This document shows, piece by piece, positions 1 through 9,472 of a stretch of DNA of 64,000 nucleotides; positions within the stretch are counted from its first letter, which is position 1; every line of letters begins with the position of its first letter. Under the pieces are notes generated by a model. The model was not told the origin of the DNA, ran no database searches, and saw nothing but the letters and a program-made list of their open reading frames with translations. This stretch comes from Clostridia bacterium (GTDB lineage: Bacteria > Bacillota > Clostridia > Christensenellales > RUG350), in assembly GCA_017407285.1 (NCBI GenBank), contig JAFQWW010000015.1, forward strand, positions 1,881 to 65,880, in the 5' to 3' direction. The position numbers and the translations under genes are program-made.

Positions 1-49
1 AAGTCACTGCGGACAAGGAACTTTGGGACTCTTGTTCATGAACAAATAA
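1..49 (+). CDS. 3' end of an unidentified upstream ORF (partial, product unknown)
   Basis: Frame 2 is open from the window edge to TAA at 47-49. A hairpin plus T-run terminator follows a few nt later. Too short to identify. Confidence 0.2.
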   Translation, partial: SHCGQGTLGLLFMNK

Positions 50-56
50 GAAATTT

Positions 57-89
57 AAAAGACCGAACCAATTCGTTCGGTCTTTTTTT
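57..89. terminator. Bidirectional rho-independent terminator
   Basis: GACCGAAC (61-68) / GTTCGGTC (75-82) stem with a 6-nt loop. An A-run lies 5' and T7 lies 3'. It abuts the lysR-type gene stop at 88-90. Confidence 0.7.
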
Positions 90-954
90 ATCTCAAATTA
101 TCCAAATATTCAATAAGAAACTCGTAAAACTTTTCACAGCACGATGAAAGCGGTTGTTTATCCGCTAACTCCACTATTATCTCCCTTTTACAATCGGGAA
201 CTAAGTTCACCAGTTTTACCTTACCATCGTCCGGTTTACTCCACGAAAATTCGGGCCAAAAGCCTACGCCCATACCCGAACCTACTATATTTTGAACCGC
301 CATTATCGTATCCGACTCAAAAATTATGCGAGGAGAAAAGTTCAAAAGGGCGCAATACTTATCGCAAATAGATCTAAATCTCTTAAATCCCGATAGCGTG
401 ACAAACCCCTCTGCTTTGAGTTCAATCAAATCTACGCTATCCCTTTTCGCCCACTTGGAATCGTACGGTACGGCTACGCAAATTTTCTCTTCCATTATTT
501 TTCGTTTTGCTACGACGTTATTGCGTTTAACACCTGCCTCGTCCGTTGTCACTAAAATATCCCAACCCAAATTTTCTTCGTCTTGACTAAACTTGAAAAC
601 GACGTCGGGATTATTCTTTTTATATTGCATAATAGCGTTTATAACGAGAATGGACGCAGAAACGATATTCAATCTCACGACCTTATCCTCTCTTGAGGTT
701 ATTTTTGCTACTTCTTCAGGTAAAGCGTCGATATCGCGAATAATGGTTTCCAATTTATCTCGCAAATACTTTCCACTCTCGGTCAAATAAATATTTCGCC
801 CAGATTTATAAAATAGAGCAACGCCTAATTCACTCTCCAACGACTTAATCGCTTGAGTTAGCGCCGGTTGAGCTATATGTAAATGCTCCGATGCTCTCGT
901 TACGTGCTCGTATTTTGCTACTTCGTAAAAATATCTTAATTTCGTAAGTTCCAT
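88..954 (-). CDS. LysR-family transcriptional regulator
   Basis: 288-aa ORF. The N-terminal LysR HTH reads LRYFYEVAKYEHVTRASEHLHIAQPALTQAIKSLE. Overall length and a C-terminal effector domain are typical of the family. Confidence 0.9.
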   Translation of the reverse strand: MELTKLRYFYEVAKYEHVTRASEHLHIAQPALTQAIKSLESELGVALFYKSGRNIYLTESGKYLRDKLETIIRDIDALPEEVAKITSREDKVVRLNIVSASILVINAIMQYKKNNPDVVFKFSQDEENLGWDILVTTDEAGVKRNNVVAKRKIMEEKICVAVPYDSKWAKRDSVDLIELKAEGFVTLSGFKRFRSICDKYCALLNFSPRIIFESDTIMAVQNIVGSGMGVGFWPEFSWSKPDDGKVKLVNLVPDCKREIIVELADKQPLSSCCEKFYEFLIEYLDNLR

Positions 955-1053
955 TTTCTATAACCATTCATTATTGATTTTATAATAATTATATATTTTA
1001 CATTAACGATTGTCAAGTGTATAATAGGAAACGATAAAAAAAGGAGCACTCAT

Positions 1054-1341
1054 ATGAATCAAATCTTTGAAATCGTAATGTTAATTTGCTTTGGACTTTC
1101 TTGGCCCGTATCGGTATACAAAAGTTATAAAACTAGATCCACGAAAGGTAAGAGCCTAGTTTTTCTAATTGCTATTATCGTAGGATACCTATCCGGCATC
1201 ATGGGTAAAATTACGAGCGGGCAAACAAACTACGTTCTTGTTATGTACTGCGTAAATTTATTCGTAGTTATCATTGACCTTTGTTTATATCTTAGAAATC
1301 GCAAAAATGAAACACACAAAAAAAGAAATTTAGCGATATAA
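1054..1341 (+). CDS. Small three-TM membrane protein, PQ-loop/SemiSWEET-like
   Basis: 95-aa ORF with an AGGAG RBS about 8 nt upstream and three hydrophobic helices. The TM1 motif LSWPVSVYKSYKTRSTKGKS resembles the PQ-loop motif, with PV in place of PQ. Divergent from the LysR gene. Confidence 0.5.
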   Translation: MNQIFEIVMLICFGLSWPVSVYKSYKTRSTKGKSLVFLIAIIVGYLSGIMGKITSGQTNYVLVMYCVNLFVVIIDLCLYLRNRKNETHKKRNLAI

Positions 1342-1346
1342 TAATT

Positions 1347-1376
1347 AAAAGCGAGTGAATATTCACTCGCTTTTTT
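1347..1376. terminator. Bidirectional rho-independent terminator
   Basis: Perfect 20-nt palindrome GCGAGTGAAT/ATTCACTCGC (1351-1370), flanked by AAAA and TTTTTT, between convergent genes. Confidence 0.8.
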
Positions 1377-2946
1377 AGTGGTTTAATTTATTTATTATCT
1401 CTTCTGCGACTCTCACACCGTCTACAGCCGAACTCGTTATTCCACCTGCGTATCCTGCGCCCTCTCCTGCTGGATAAAGGTTTTTTATATTTATCGCAGT
1501 CAAATCCTCTCGCCTTTCTATCCTAACTGGGGAACTAGATCTCGTTTCTACACCCGTCATCACGGCGTCCTCGCTTTTGAAGCCTTTCAACTTTCTATCA
1601 AAAGCTATAAGACCATTTCTTAGTCCGTCACACACAAAACTTGGTAAAACTTCGTTTAAGTTTGCGCCTTTTACTCCTCTAGAATAGGTAGGTTCAACAC
1701 GACCAAATCCACTAGACGCTCGGTTATTCAAAAAATCTCCTACGAGTTGGTACGGCGCTACGTAATCTCCTCCGCCTAAAGAGTGTGCACCACGCTCTAA
1801 TTTTCTCTGAAACTCTACCCCTGCTAAAACGTCTTTTGAGCCAAAGTCCTCTGGGCTTACGGATACTAAAAGCGCGCTATTTGCATTTTTTCCGTCACGA
1901 GCGTAATTGCTCATACCGTTAGTAACTACTCCGCCTTCTTCGCTCGCGGACGGCACGACGTAACCACCGGGACACATACAAAAGGTGTACACACCACGAC
2001 CACACTCTAATCTTTCACTGAGTTTGTACTCGCTTGCTATACCAATGTCTTTTCCAAATTGCGATCTATTGATATCAAGTTGATCGTGTTCTATTCTAAC
2101 GCCCACCGAAAAAGGCTTTGGAATCAATTCCGTTTTATCTTTCAATAATTCAAACACGTCGCGCGCACTATGTCCAGTCGCAAGAATTAGAAAATCACAC
2201 TCAATCTCTTTTTTAACTCCGCCTTGCACGTATCGTACGCTCTTAATTTCTCCGTCTTTTATAGAAAAATCGTAGACTTTTGCACCAAACTCAAAAGAAC
2301 CACCCAAGGACAAGATTTTTTCCCTTATTCCTCTTACCGTAGGTTTCAATCTATCCGTACCGATATGAGGATGCGCGTCGTACAATATAGTATCGGGCGC
2401 GCCACACTCCACGAATTTTCGAAATACGTATTCTTGTTTATCAGACTTAGTTCCAGTATTGAGTTTACCGTCCGAAAAAGCACCTGCACCGCCTTCACCA
2501 AACTGTACGTTACACTCCACGTCAAGTGCGCCACCATCAAAAAAGTTTTGAACTATTTTTGATCTATTCTCTATTTTCTCTCCTCTCTCCAACACGCTAA
2601 CCTTGACACCGCCCTCGGCCAGAACTAAGGCTGAAAATAGTCCGCAAGGTCCTGCGCCAACTACGACGACGTGCTTTTTTACCTTTTGACTGAGTTTTAT
2701 AGGGGTATACTCAACGTAATCGTAATCTTCCACCTTTTTGCGGTTATATTTTGCATCTTTGAAGAAAAGTAAAACGCTTAATACGAATTTTATATCCTCT
2801 TTCTTTCTTGCATCTAAAGATTTTTTCAAAATTTTGTACTCAAAATCACCGCGTGTAAGTGAAATCTCCGCTTTTATGCGCGATTTTAACACCTCCTCGG
2901 TATAATGAATAGGTAATTTCAAGTTTTTAAGCAGTTTTACAATCAT
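1375..2946 (-). CDS. FAD-dependent protein (COG2509-type NAD(FAD)-utilising dehydrogenase)
   Basis: Dinucleotide-binding motif VVVVGAGPCGLFSALVLAEGG, with ~520 aa architecture typical of the family. The start is moved to MIVKLL (2946) because the longer ORF overlaps the upstream gene. Confidence 0.8.
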   Translation of the reverse strand: MIVKLLKNLKLPIHYTEEVLKSRIKAEISLTRGDFEYKILKKSLDARKKEDIKFVLSVLLFFKDAKYNRKKVEDYDYVEYTPIKLSQKVKKHVVVVGAGPCGLFSALVLAEGGVKVSVLERGEKIENRSKIVQNFFDGGALDVECNVQFGEGGAGAFSDGKLNTGTKSDKQEYVFRKFVECGAPDTILYDAHPHIGTDRLKPTVRGIREKILSLGGSFEFGAKVYDFSIKDGEIKSVRYVQGGVKKEIECDFLILATGHSARDVFELLKDKTELIPKPFSVGVRIEHDQLDINRSQFGKDIGIASEYKLSERLECGRGVYTFCMCPGGYVVPSASEEGGVVTNGMSNYARDGKNANSALLVSVSPEDFGSKDVLAGVEFQRKLERGAHSLGGGDYVAPYQLVGDFLNNRASSGFGRVEPTYSRGVKGANLNEVLPSFVCDGLRNGLIAFDRKLKGFKSEDAVMTGVETRSSSPVRIERREDLTAINIKNLYPAGEGAGYAGGITSSAVDGVRVAEEIINKLNH

Positions 2947-4067
2947 ATTTTTTGGTTTATATCTTGACTTGCAACTAAAGCGGACAAAAACGCCCAATGC
3001 AAATTATATCCTCCACACAATCCGTCTTGATCTAAAACCTCGCCACAAAGATATAATCCGTCGTAAGTTTTGCTCTCTAAACTAGGTTTAACCTCGTCCA
3101 AGCGAACTCCACCCACCGTAATTTGTGCGTTATCGTCTAAAAGACCTAACACGTTTAGTTTAATAGACCTCAGATTTTTCACTATTTCTTGAGCGTTAGT
3201 GAAATCATCCAACACGGCTTGTCCAATCTTATTTGAAATTATACCGGTCAAGAGATTGTCATCTCCCCTCTTAATTCGAGTAGAGAGAACCGTCTCGACC
3301 TCTTTATCCTCTAATCCGTCTAACAAATCCAAGGTTAAAATTGCACGCTTGCATTTTTTATCCCTCAATGCTCGTGCGTACTTTAAGGATGCGTTGAATA
3401 CGGCTATACCCGATACGCCGTATTTTCTAAACAACACCTCGCCACTCTCGACGTATTCAACTTTTCCGTCTATCTCCAAACTCACTTTCGCGTGCGCTCT
3501 CACACCGTCCAAACCTTTGAGTTTATTCGTATCGGTTTTAAGCGCGCAAAGTGCGGGATAGGTATCGGTCAAGCGAAGATTCAAAGACTTTGCAATTTCT
3601 AAATTACCGCCACCGCAAGTTAACATCACCCTTTTAGAATAATATTCTCCGTCTGAGGTTAAAACCGCGTATCCGCCTTTATCTTTTTTCACTGATTTTA
3701 CGATACAATTAGTCTTAATCTCCGCCTTACGTGCTCCAAACCTCAATACGTCCAACACGGTAGACGCTTGATTGGAAAAAGGATAAACGCGACCTGCTCC
3801 CCCCTCTCTCAAAAACAACCCTTTTTCTTTCCAAAAATCTAAAAGGTTAGAAGAATATTTTTCTTGAACGGCACGGAAAAATTGGGGATCGGAGTATTCC
3901 TCCCCCGTCAAATTGGAGTTTGATAGATTACAACGACCGTTGCCCGTAACAAGTATTTTCTTACCTACTCTATCTTTGGACTCCAATAAAAGATTTTTAC
4001 CTTTAAGTTCACACGCCGACAAAAGTCCGCTTGCGCCACCGCCTATTATAATAGTATCGTACATCAT
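2943..4067 (-). CDS. HI0933/BaiN-like flavoprotein
   Basis: Contains YDTIIIGGGASGL (FAD GxGxxG) and the family signature TGNGRCNLSN. A GGGAG RBS sits just upstream of the ATG pair at 4067/4064; the exact start is ambiguous by 1-4 codons. Confidence 0.8.
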   Translation of the reverse strand: MMYDTIIIGGGASGLLSACELKGKNLLLESKDRVGKKILVTGNGRCNLSNSNLTGEEYSDPQFFRAVQEKYSSNLLDFWKEKGLFLREGGAGRVYPFSNQASTVLDVLRFGARKAEIKTNCIVKSVKKDKGGYAVLTSDGEYYSKRVMLTCGGGNLEIAKSLNLRLTDTYPALCALKTDTNKLKGLDGVRAHAKVSLEIDGKVEYVESGEVLFRKYGVSGIAVFNASLKYARALRDKKCKRAILTLDLLDGLEDKEVETVLSTRIKRGDDNLLTGIISNKIGQAVLDDFTNAQEIVKNLRSIKLNVLGLLDDNAQITVGGVRLDEVKPSLESKTYDGLYLCGEVLDQDGLCGGYNLHWAFLSALVASQDINQKI

Positions 4068-4074
4068 AACTCCC

Positions 4075-4101
4075 AAAAAACGCCGTATAAAACGGCGTTT
4101 T
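4075..4101 (-). terminator. Rho-independent terminator after the GH13 gene
   Basis: ACGCCGT (4080-4086) / ACGGCGT (4092-4098) stem with a T-run on the minus strand (forward AAAAAA 4075-4080). Confidence 0.6.
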
Positions 4102-4105
4102 AATA

Positions 4106-5698
4106 TTACTCTTTAACGATAAGGAAACTACAGCCCGTGAGTTCCACCTTATCGCCTACTTTTTTATAATTGTTTCCGTATAAAACCTCACCGTTTATCG
4201 TCACGGTTTTGGCTTCACGCGAAGGATTTATTGCAACGAGAATACTCTCTTTCTCGTTCTTTCTTCTAAAGATATAGGGATATCCGTCCCCCTCAACGTA
4301 CACCTGCTCTTGTGCGCTCGATACGTTAAGCGCAGAGTGAGATTTACGAATTTTTATGAGTTTTCTTACCGTATTCAACAAAGAATTTTCGTCCTTGTCT
4401 TGGCTTTCTACGCTTCTACCTTCCTCATAATCTACGGGCAAATACAAATCCTTTTCCTCAACCGTGGAAAATCCTCTGTTTTTGCCGTCCGTCCACTGCA
4501 TAGGAGTACGAGCACCCGTTCTCTTTCCGCCACCGTCTTTTGATGCAGAATAATTATGTACCATACCTATCTCGTCGCCGTAATAAATCATAGGTATTTG
4601 TTTGAGAGTAAGGGCAAAAGCAAAAATACACTTTATGATATCCGTACTCTTTCTAGTAGGCATTCTAACTTCGTCGTGCGTACCGGTAGGCGCGGTAAAC
4701 ATACCCTTGTCGCCCAATTTCTCATACAAGTACTCAACGTAGTGGAGGAAATTCTTAATCGTTCCCTTGCCGTTTTCACTAAAATAGTTGTCCCCTCTCT
4801 CAAAATAGGGAGATAGGTTGAGATCCTTTTCGTTTTTGTACAAGTCGTTAAACATAAAGGTATCGTGCGTTAGAAAATCCATATCAAAACCGCACTTTCC
4901 TATTGCAAGTTGGGGAATATCCCATTCTGCAATGTACACTTTATCACTATATTCCGATCTTATAGTGCCGAGCACCTCGTGCCAGAACCACTGAATACCC
5001 GAGGTTTTCTCGTCGTACTCATCGTAATATTTCTTCTCGTCAAAGGTCTGACCTTCTTTAATGAGATGTCCTGCCATATCTACTCTAAATCCGTCGATGC
5101 CCTTATCAAGATAGAAACGCATGATATTGAGTATTTCCTCTCTTAACGGTTTCAATCTAGGATCAGTGTAATGCAATTTCCAAGGCGCATTAGGATCAAG
5201 TTGCTCAAAACCGTAGTTTAGCGCAGGTTGGCTTGCGTAATAATTGGGTACGTAGCCACCGTTTCTATAATACAAACCACGAATAACACCGGGATAATCG
5301 GTGTTTACGTCGTCCGTCCATACGTAATAATCGTAATATTTGTTTTTCTTTGCTTGCGCCGATCTTCTAAACCATTTGTGTTTGTCCGAGGTATGTCCTA
5401 TAACCAAATCCAAAACGATTTTTATACCTCTTTCCTTGAAAGCTTTAACCATTTCGTCAAAGTCTTCCATAGTTCCAAAACGTTTATCGACCTCATAGTA
5501 ATCGGTTATATCGTATCCACCGTCTTTGAATGGGGACTTATAGAAGGGGTTAAACCAAACAGCGTCAATTCCCAAACTCTTCAAATAATCAACCTTTTGG
5601 GTTATACCTTTCAAATCGCCTATACCGTCACCGTTAGAATCGTAAAACGACGTCGGGTAAATTTCGTAAAATACTGCGTTTTCAAGCCAATTTAACAT
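4106..5698 (-). CDS. GH13 alpha-glucosidase / oligo-1,6-glucosidase-like glycoside hydrolase
   Basis: 530 aa. N-terminus WLENAVFYEIYPTSFYDSNGDGIGDLKGI, with DLVIGHTS and GFRVDMAGH catalytic-region motifs of the alpha-amylase family. AGGAGG RBS. Confidence 0.85.
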   Translation of the reverse strand: MLNWLENAVFYEIYPTSFYDSNGDGIGDLKGITQKVDYLKSLGIDAVWFNPFYKSPFKDGGYDITDYYEVDKRFGTMEDFDEMVKAFKERGIKIVLDLVIGHTSDKHKWFRRSAQAKKNKYYDYYVWTDDVNTDYPGVIRGLYYRNGGYVPNYYASQPALNYGFEQLDPNAPWKLHYTDPRLKPLREEILNIMRFYLDKGIDGFRVDMAGHLIKEGQTFDEKKYYDEYDEKTSGIQWFWHEVLGTIRSEYSDKVYIAEWDIPQLAIGKCGFDMDFLTHDTFMFNDLYKNEKDLNLSPYFERGDNYFSENGKGTIKNFLHYVEYLYEKLGDKGMFTAPTGTHDEVRMPTRKSTDIIKCIFAFALTLKQIPMIYYGDEIGMVHNYSASKDGGGKRTGARTPMQWTDGKNRGFSTVEEKDLYLPVDYEEGRSVESQDKDENSLLNTVRKLIKIRKSHSALNVSSAQEQVYVEGDGYPYIFRRKNEKESILVAINPSREAKTVTINGEVLYGNNYKKVGDKVELTGCSFLIVKE

Positions 5699-5710
5699 TT
5701 TATCCTCCTA

Positions 5711-6700
5711 TTATAAACCTAAAACAGCGTGAGCGTTCAAATCAAGCCCCGCTATACCTTTGTTTTCCATAAAATCATAGTATCCCGCGCTTGCAATCAT
5801 CGCGGCGTTGTCCGTACAAAGTATCGGTGTTGGGAAATAAGCACGGAAATTATACTTTTTGCCCGCCTTTTCCATTTCCTCTCTCAATAAACTATTAGCA
5901 CCCACGCCACCTGCAACGGCAACCGTCTTATATCCGTACTTCTTTACGCATTTTACGGTGTTATCTATAAGTTGCGATACCGCCGAGTATCTAAAGGACG
6001 CGGCTACGTCCGCTTTATTAAACTCTTTCGTGTTGTGACAATAATTAACTACCGCAGTTTTTATACCGCTATAGGAAAACTTTATCTCCCCACCCGAAAA
6101 CTTGGGTTTAGGAAGAGAGATAGAAACCTTTCCTTCTTTTGCAAGTTTGTCAATCTCCGGTCCTCCGGGATAGGGTAAACCTAACACTCTAGCAACCTTA
6201 TCAAACGCCTCTCCACACGCATCGTCTGCTGTCTGACCAATAACGCTAAACTCGGTATAACTTTTAACGTCTACCAACGCGGTATGACCACCACTCACAA
6301 CCAAACACAGATACGGAGGGGTTAAATCTTGGTGCGCTATGTAGTTTGCAGCGATATGTCCGTGAAGATGATTCACTGCAATCAAAGGTTTTTTAGTACT
6401 CATAGCAAGTGCTTTTGCGTAACTAACCCCACACAAAAGTGCGCCTATTAGTCCTGCTCCATAGGTTACGGCTATAGCGTCCACCTCGTTTAAAGTGCAA
6501 TTTGCCTCTTTTAAGGCTTGATCCACCACGCCGTTTATATTCAACACGTGATTTCTTGATGCAATCTCGGGCACTACTCCGCCGTATTCACGGTGTATTG
6601 ATATTTGAGAAGATATGATGCTAGATAAAACGCGTCTACCGTCCTCAACGACGGCAGCAGCAGTTTCGTCACACGAACTTTCTATTCCAAGTATTTTCAT
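5711..6700 (-). CDS. tsaD: tRNA N6-adenosine threonylcarbamoyltransferase
   Basis: MKILGIESSCDETAAAVV N-terminus, a metal-binding NHLHGHI motif, and 329 aa. Confidence 0.95.
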   Translation of the reverse strand: MKILGIESSCDETAAAVVEDGRRVLSSIISSQISIHREYGGVVPEIASRNHVLNINGVVDQALKEANCTLNEVDAIAVTYGAGLIGALLCGVSYAKALAMSTKKPLIAVNHLHGHIAANYIAHQDLTPPYLCLVVSGGHTALVDVKSYTEFSVIGQTADDACGEAFDKVARVLGLPYPGGPEIDKLAKEGKVSISLPKPKFSGGEIKFSYSGIKTAVVNYCHNTKEFNKADVAASFRYSAVSQLIDNTVKCVKKYGYKTVAVAGGVGANSLLREEMEKAGKKYNFRAYFPTPILCTDNAAMIASAGYYDFMENKGIAGLDLNAHAVLGL

Positions 6701-6803
6701 TTGTCCTCACTTAACCGCAACCAATCTACACACGGTTGCGTCCTTCTAATCATTTTCCGCTCTCGTCTTATTCTCTCCCCCAAGATAAAAGATCACCTGC
6801 GAA

Positions 6804-7922
6804 TTATTCCAAATTTTCTGGATTAAGTCCTTGAAGTTCGGGAAGAGTAAATCTTCCGTCGTGACGAATCAAAACGTCGTCAAAATATATATCTCCGCCA
6901 CCATACTCCGGAGTCTGAATCAATACCAAATCCCAATGCACGGCAGATTCGTTTCCGTTGTACGCATCATCGTAACTACTTCCCGGCGTAAAATGAATAG
7001 AACCGCTTATTTTCTCATCAAAGAGAATGTCGCACATAGGTTTTTTAATAAAGGGATTTACACCGAAAGCAAATTCGCCCACGTATCTTGCGCCCTCGTC
7101 CGTATCAAAAATTTTATTAACGGCTTCGGTATCGTTTGCCGTAGCCTTGATAATTTTTCCGTCTTTGAAGGTGAGTTGAACGTTTTCAAACTTGATACCG
7201 TTCTCCACGCTCGGAGTGTTGTAGGTAATAACGCCGTTAACGGAGTCTTTGACGGGAGCGGTGTATACCTCGCCGTCCGGAATATTCATATGTCCCGAAC
7301 ATTTCTTAGCACCAATACCCTTTATAGAAAAAGTGATGTCGGTATCTTTTGCCGTAATTCTTACCTTGTCGGTCTTTGCGATAAGCTCGACCAAAGGATC
7401 CATGGCTTTATCCATTTTAGCGTAGTCAAGATTACATACCTTAAAGTACAAATCCTCAAACGCCTCCGTGCTCATACCGCTAAGTTCGCTCATACCCTCT
7501 GTAGGATAGCGCAAAACGCACCACTTAGTGTTTTTAACTCTGAGTTCGTGATGAACGGGCTTGGAGTATAGCGCCATATAGGTATTCATAATATCTCCGT
7601 CTACGTCGGATAGTTCGTAGGCGTTGTTGCCCCCTCTAACTCCAATGTAGGCGTCCATCTCTTTCATACGAAAAGAGGCGTACTTTGCCATGAGTTCACA
7701 ATGTTCTTTGGTCAAACCTTTCAAAAGTCTGCGTTTAACCTTGTTATCTCCTAAATCTACAAAAGGATATGCTCCAACCTTGTAGCACTCCTCTATAAGC
7801 GCTTCCACGAACACGGAGTCCACACCCGTAGCTTCTATCAAAATCTTCTCGCCCTGCTTTAGCGCGCAACTATAATTAATAAGATTTTTAGCAAGCAACT
7901 TGATTCTTTCGTCACATTTCAT
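6804..7922 (-). CDS. ampS: M29-family aminopeptidase (AmpS/PepS-like)
   Basis: ~372 aa with full-length similarity in style to aminopeptidase II (thermophilic metalloprotease family). The ATG at 7922 has a GGTG RBS 6 nt upstream; the TTG at 7943 is less likely. Confidence 0.8.
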   Translation of the reverse strand: MKCDERIKLLAKNLINYSCALKQGEKILIEATGVDSVFVEALIEECYKVGAYPFVDLGDNKVKRRLLKGLTKEHCELMAKYASFRMKEMDAYIGVRGGNNAYELSDVDGDIMNTYMALYSKPVHHELRVKNTKWCVLRYPTEGMSELSGMSTEAFEDLYFKVCNLDYAKMDKAMDPLVELIAKTDKVRITAKDTDITFSIKGIGAKKCSGHMNIPDGEVYTAPVKDSVNGVITYNTPSVENGIKFENVQLTFKDGKIIKATANDTEAVNKIFDTDEGARYVGEFAFGVNPFIKKPMCDILFDEKISGSIHFTPGSSYDDAYNGNESAVHWDLVLIQTPEYGGGDIYFDDVLIRHDGRFTLPELQGLNPENLE

Positions 7923-7923
7923 A

Positions 7924-9462
7924 TTATTCACCAACCTTTTCAAAACCTGCTTGACTCATAAAACGCAAGAACGCATCACGACCGGAGGTATCGTCTTTGA
8001 ATACCGCGGTATTATCCAAGATATTTTCACAAACTTGACCTACGTAATCTCGTATCACGTCGACCGACTCCTCTTTACTCATACTCGTACCGTGCTTTTT
8101 CACGAGTTCCTCTATCATTCTCTCGTGTTTTTTGAGCATACTTTCGGGGTTTTTGTAGTCGATTTCACGACCTTGCAATATCTCGGATATAGCGCCAAAT
8201 TCCTTATCCAATCTACCGGGGAGAATGAACAATCCCATAGCTTCGATAAGACCGATACCCTCTTTTTTTACGTTGTGATACTCAGGATGAGCGTGGAAAA
8301 TACCGTCGGGATACTCCTCACTCACTCTATTATTTCTAAGCAACAAGTCCATAGAATAATTTGAGCCTATTCTTCTTGCTATCGGGGTTATTGCGTTATG
8401 CGCGTCCGTCGTCTTGGATATTATACCCACTTTTTCGTCCGTATAATCAATCCAAATTTTACGAATAAATTCCGCACCGTCTGCAACGCGTTGGATATCT
8501 TGACCAACCACTCTAACGTCACTGTTGTACCATTCTTGAACGTAGAATGTCAAATCGGGAAAATCTTTATGCTTAAATTCCCATCTAGGCTGAGTAAAGT
8601 GTACGGGCATTAGATGTCCACCACCTTGATAATGCTCGTGGGTTAGGATAGATCCGCCAACTATAGGCAAGCAAGCGTTGCTACCTGCAATATAGTCGGG
8701 GAAAATCTTCGTAAACTCCAAAAGCTTTACGAAAGTTGCTCTCTCCAATATCATGGGAGTGTGTTTTTTAGAGAAAATTATGCAGTGCTCGTCATAATAC
8801 ATATAGGGAGAATACTGCATATTCCACTCCTCGTTATTCAACTTAATGGGAACGAAACGCAAAGTTTGACGAGCAGGGAAACCTACTCTACCTTTATACC
8901 CAACGTTCTCTTCACAAAGCATACACTTAGGATAGCCCGTTGCAGGAGCGTTTTTAAGTCTTGCTATTTCTTTATTGTCCTTTTCGGGTTTGGAGAGGTT
9001 TATGGTTATCTCCAAATCACATTTTTTGCCTTTATATCTCCAATAAACGTTTCGTCTAACGTCGGACAATTTTATGTAATTGCTCTTTATACCCAAGTCG
9101 TACAAATTAAGCAACGCTTGTCTTTGTCCAACCTCTTTTAAATCCTTTTTGAAATAATCGTTTACTTGGGAAGGAATAGGTGTAACCGCACCCAAAATAG
9201 CCGTTTCAAAAAGCCCACGGTCCACGTCCTCAATCAAACCTTTTTCTATAGCGTAATCGCTCAAAGGTCTAACGAAACTATCGGGAATATCCGCACTCTT
9301 TACGCGATCAAGGTCTGGTGTTTCCTCCCCTCCCATCGTGTCGGTGTGCAAATCGAGCAAATTCATTACGGCGTTCTTTGCAAAAAGCACGTCGTCCTCT
9401 CTCATTCTAAGATGCTCTTTAGCGTACTCGATTAAACTGTTTACATGATAATGAATATTCAT
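7924..9462 (-). CDS. galT: UDP-glucose--hexose-1-phosphate uridylyltransferase (class II GalT)
   Basis: ~512 aa. The motif ENVGYKGRVGFPARQTLRFVPI...QYSPYMYYDEHCIIFSKKHTPM is typical of Firmicutes GalT. The start at MNIHYH (9462) has an AAGAGG RBS; the longer ORF overlaps glnA. Confidence 0.85.
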   Translation of the reverse strand: MNIHYHVNSLIEYAKEHLRMREDDVLFAKNAVMNLLDLHTDTMGGEETPDLDRVKSADIPDSFVRPLSDYAIEKGLIEDVDRGLFETAILGAVTPIPSQVNDYFKKDLKEVGQRQALLNLYDLGIKSNYIKLSDVRRNVYWRYKGKKCDLEITINLSKPEKDNKEIARLKNAPATGYPKCMLCEENVGYKGRVGFPARQTLRFVPIKLNNEEWNMQYSPYMYYDEHCIIFSKKHTPMILERATFVKLLEFTKIFPDYIAGSNACLPIVGGSILTHEHYQGGGHLMPVHFTQPRWEFKHKDFPDLTFYVQEWYNSDVRVVGQDIQRVADGAEFIRKIWIDYTDEKVGIISKTTDAHNAITPIARRIGSNYSMDLLLRNNRVSEEYPDGIFHAHPEYHNVKKEGIGLIEAMGLFILPGRLDKEFGAISEILQGREIDYKNPESMLKKHERMIEELVKKHGTSMSKEESVDVIRDYVGQVCENILDNTAVFKDDTSGRDAFLRFMSQAGFEKVGE

Positions 9463-9472
9463 TTTATACCTC

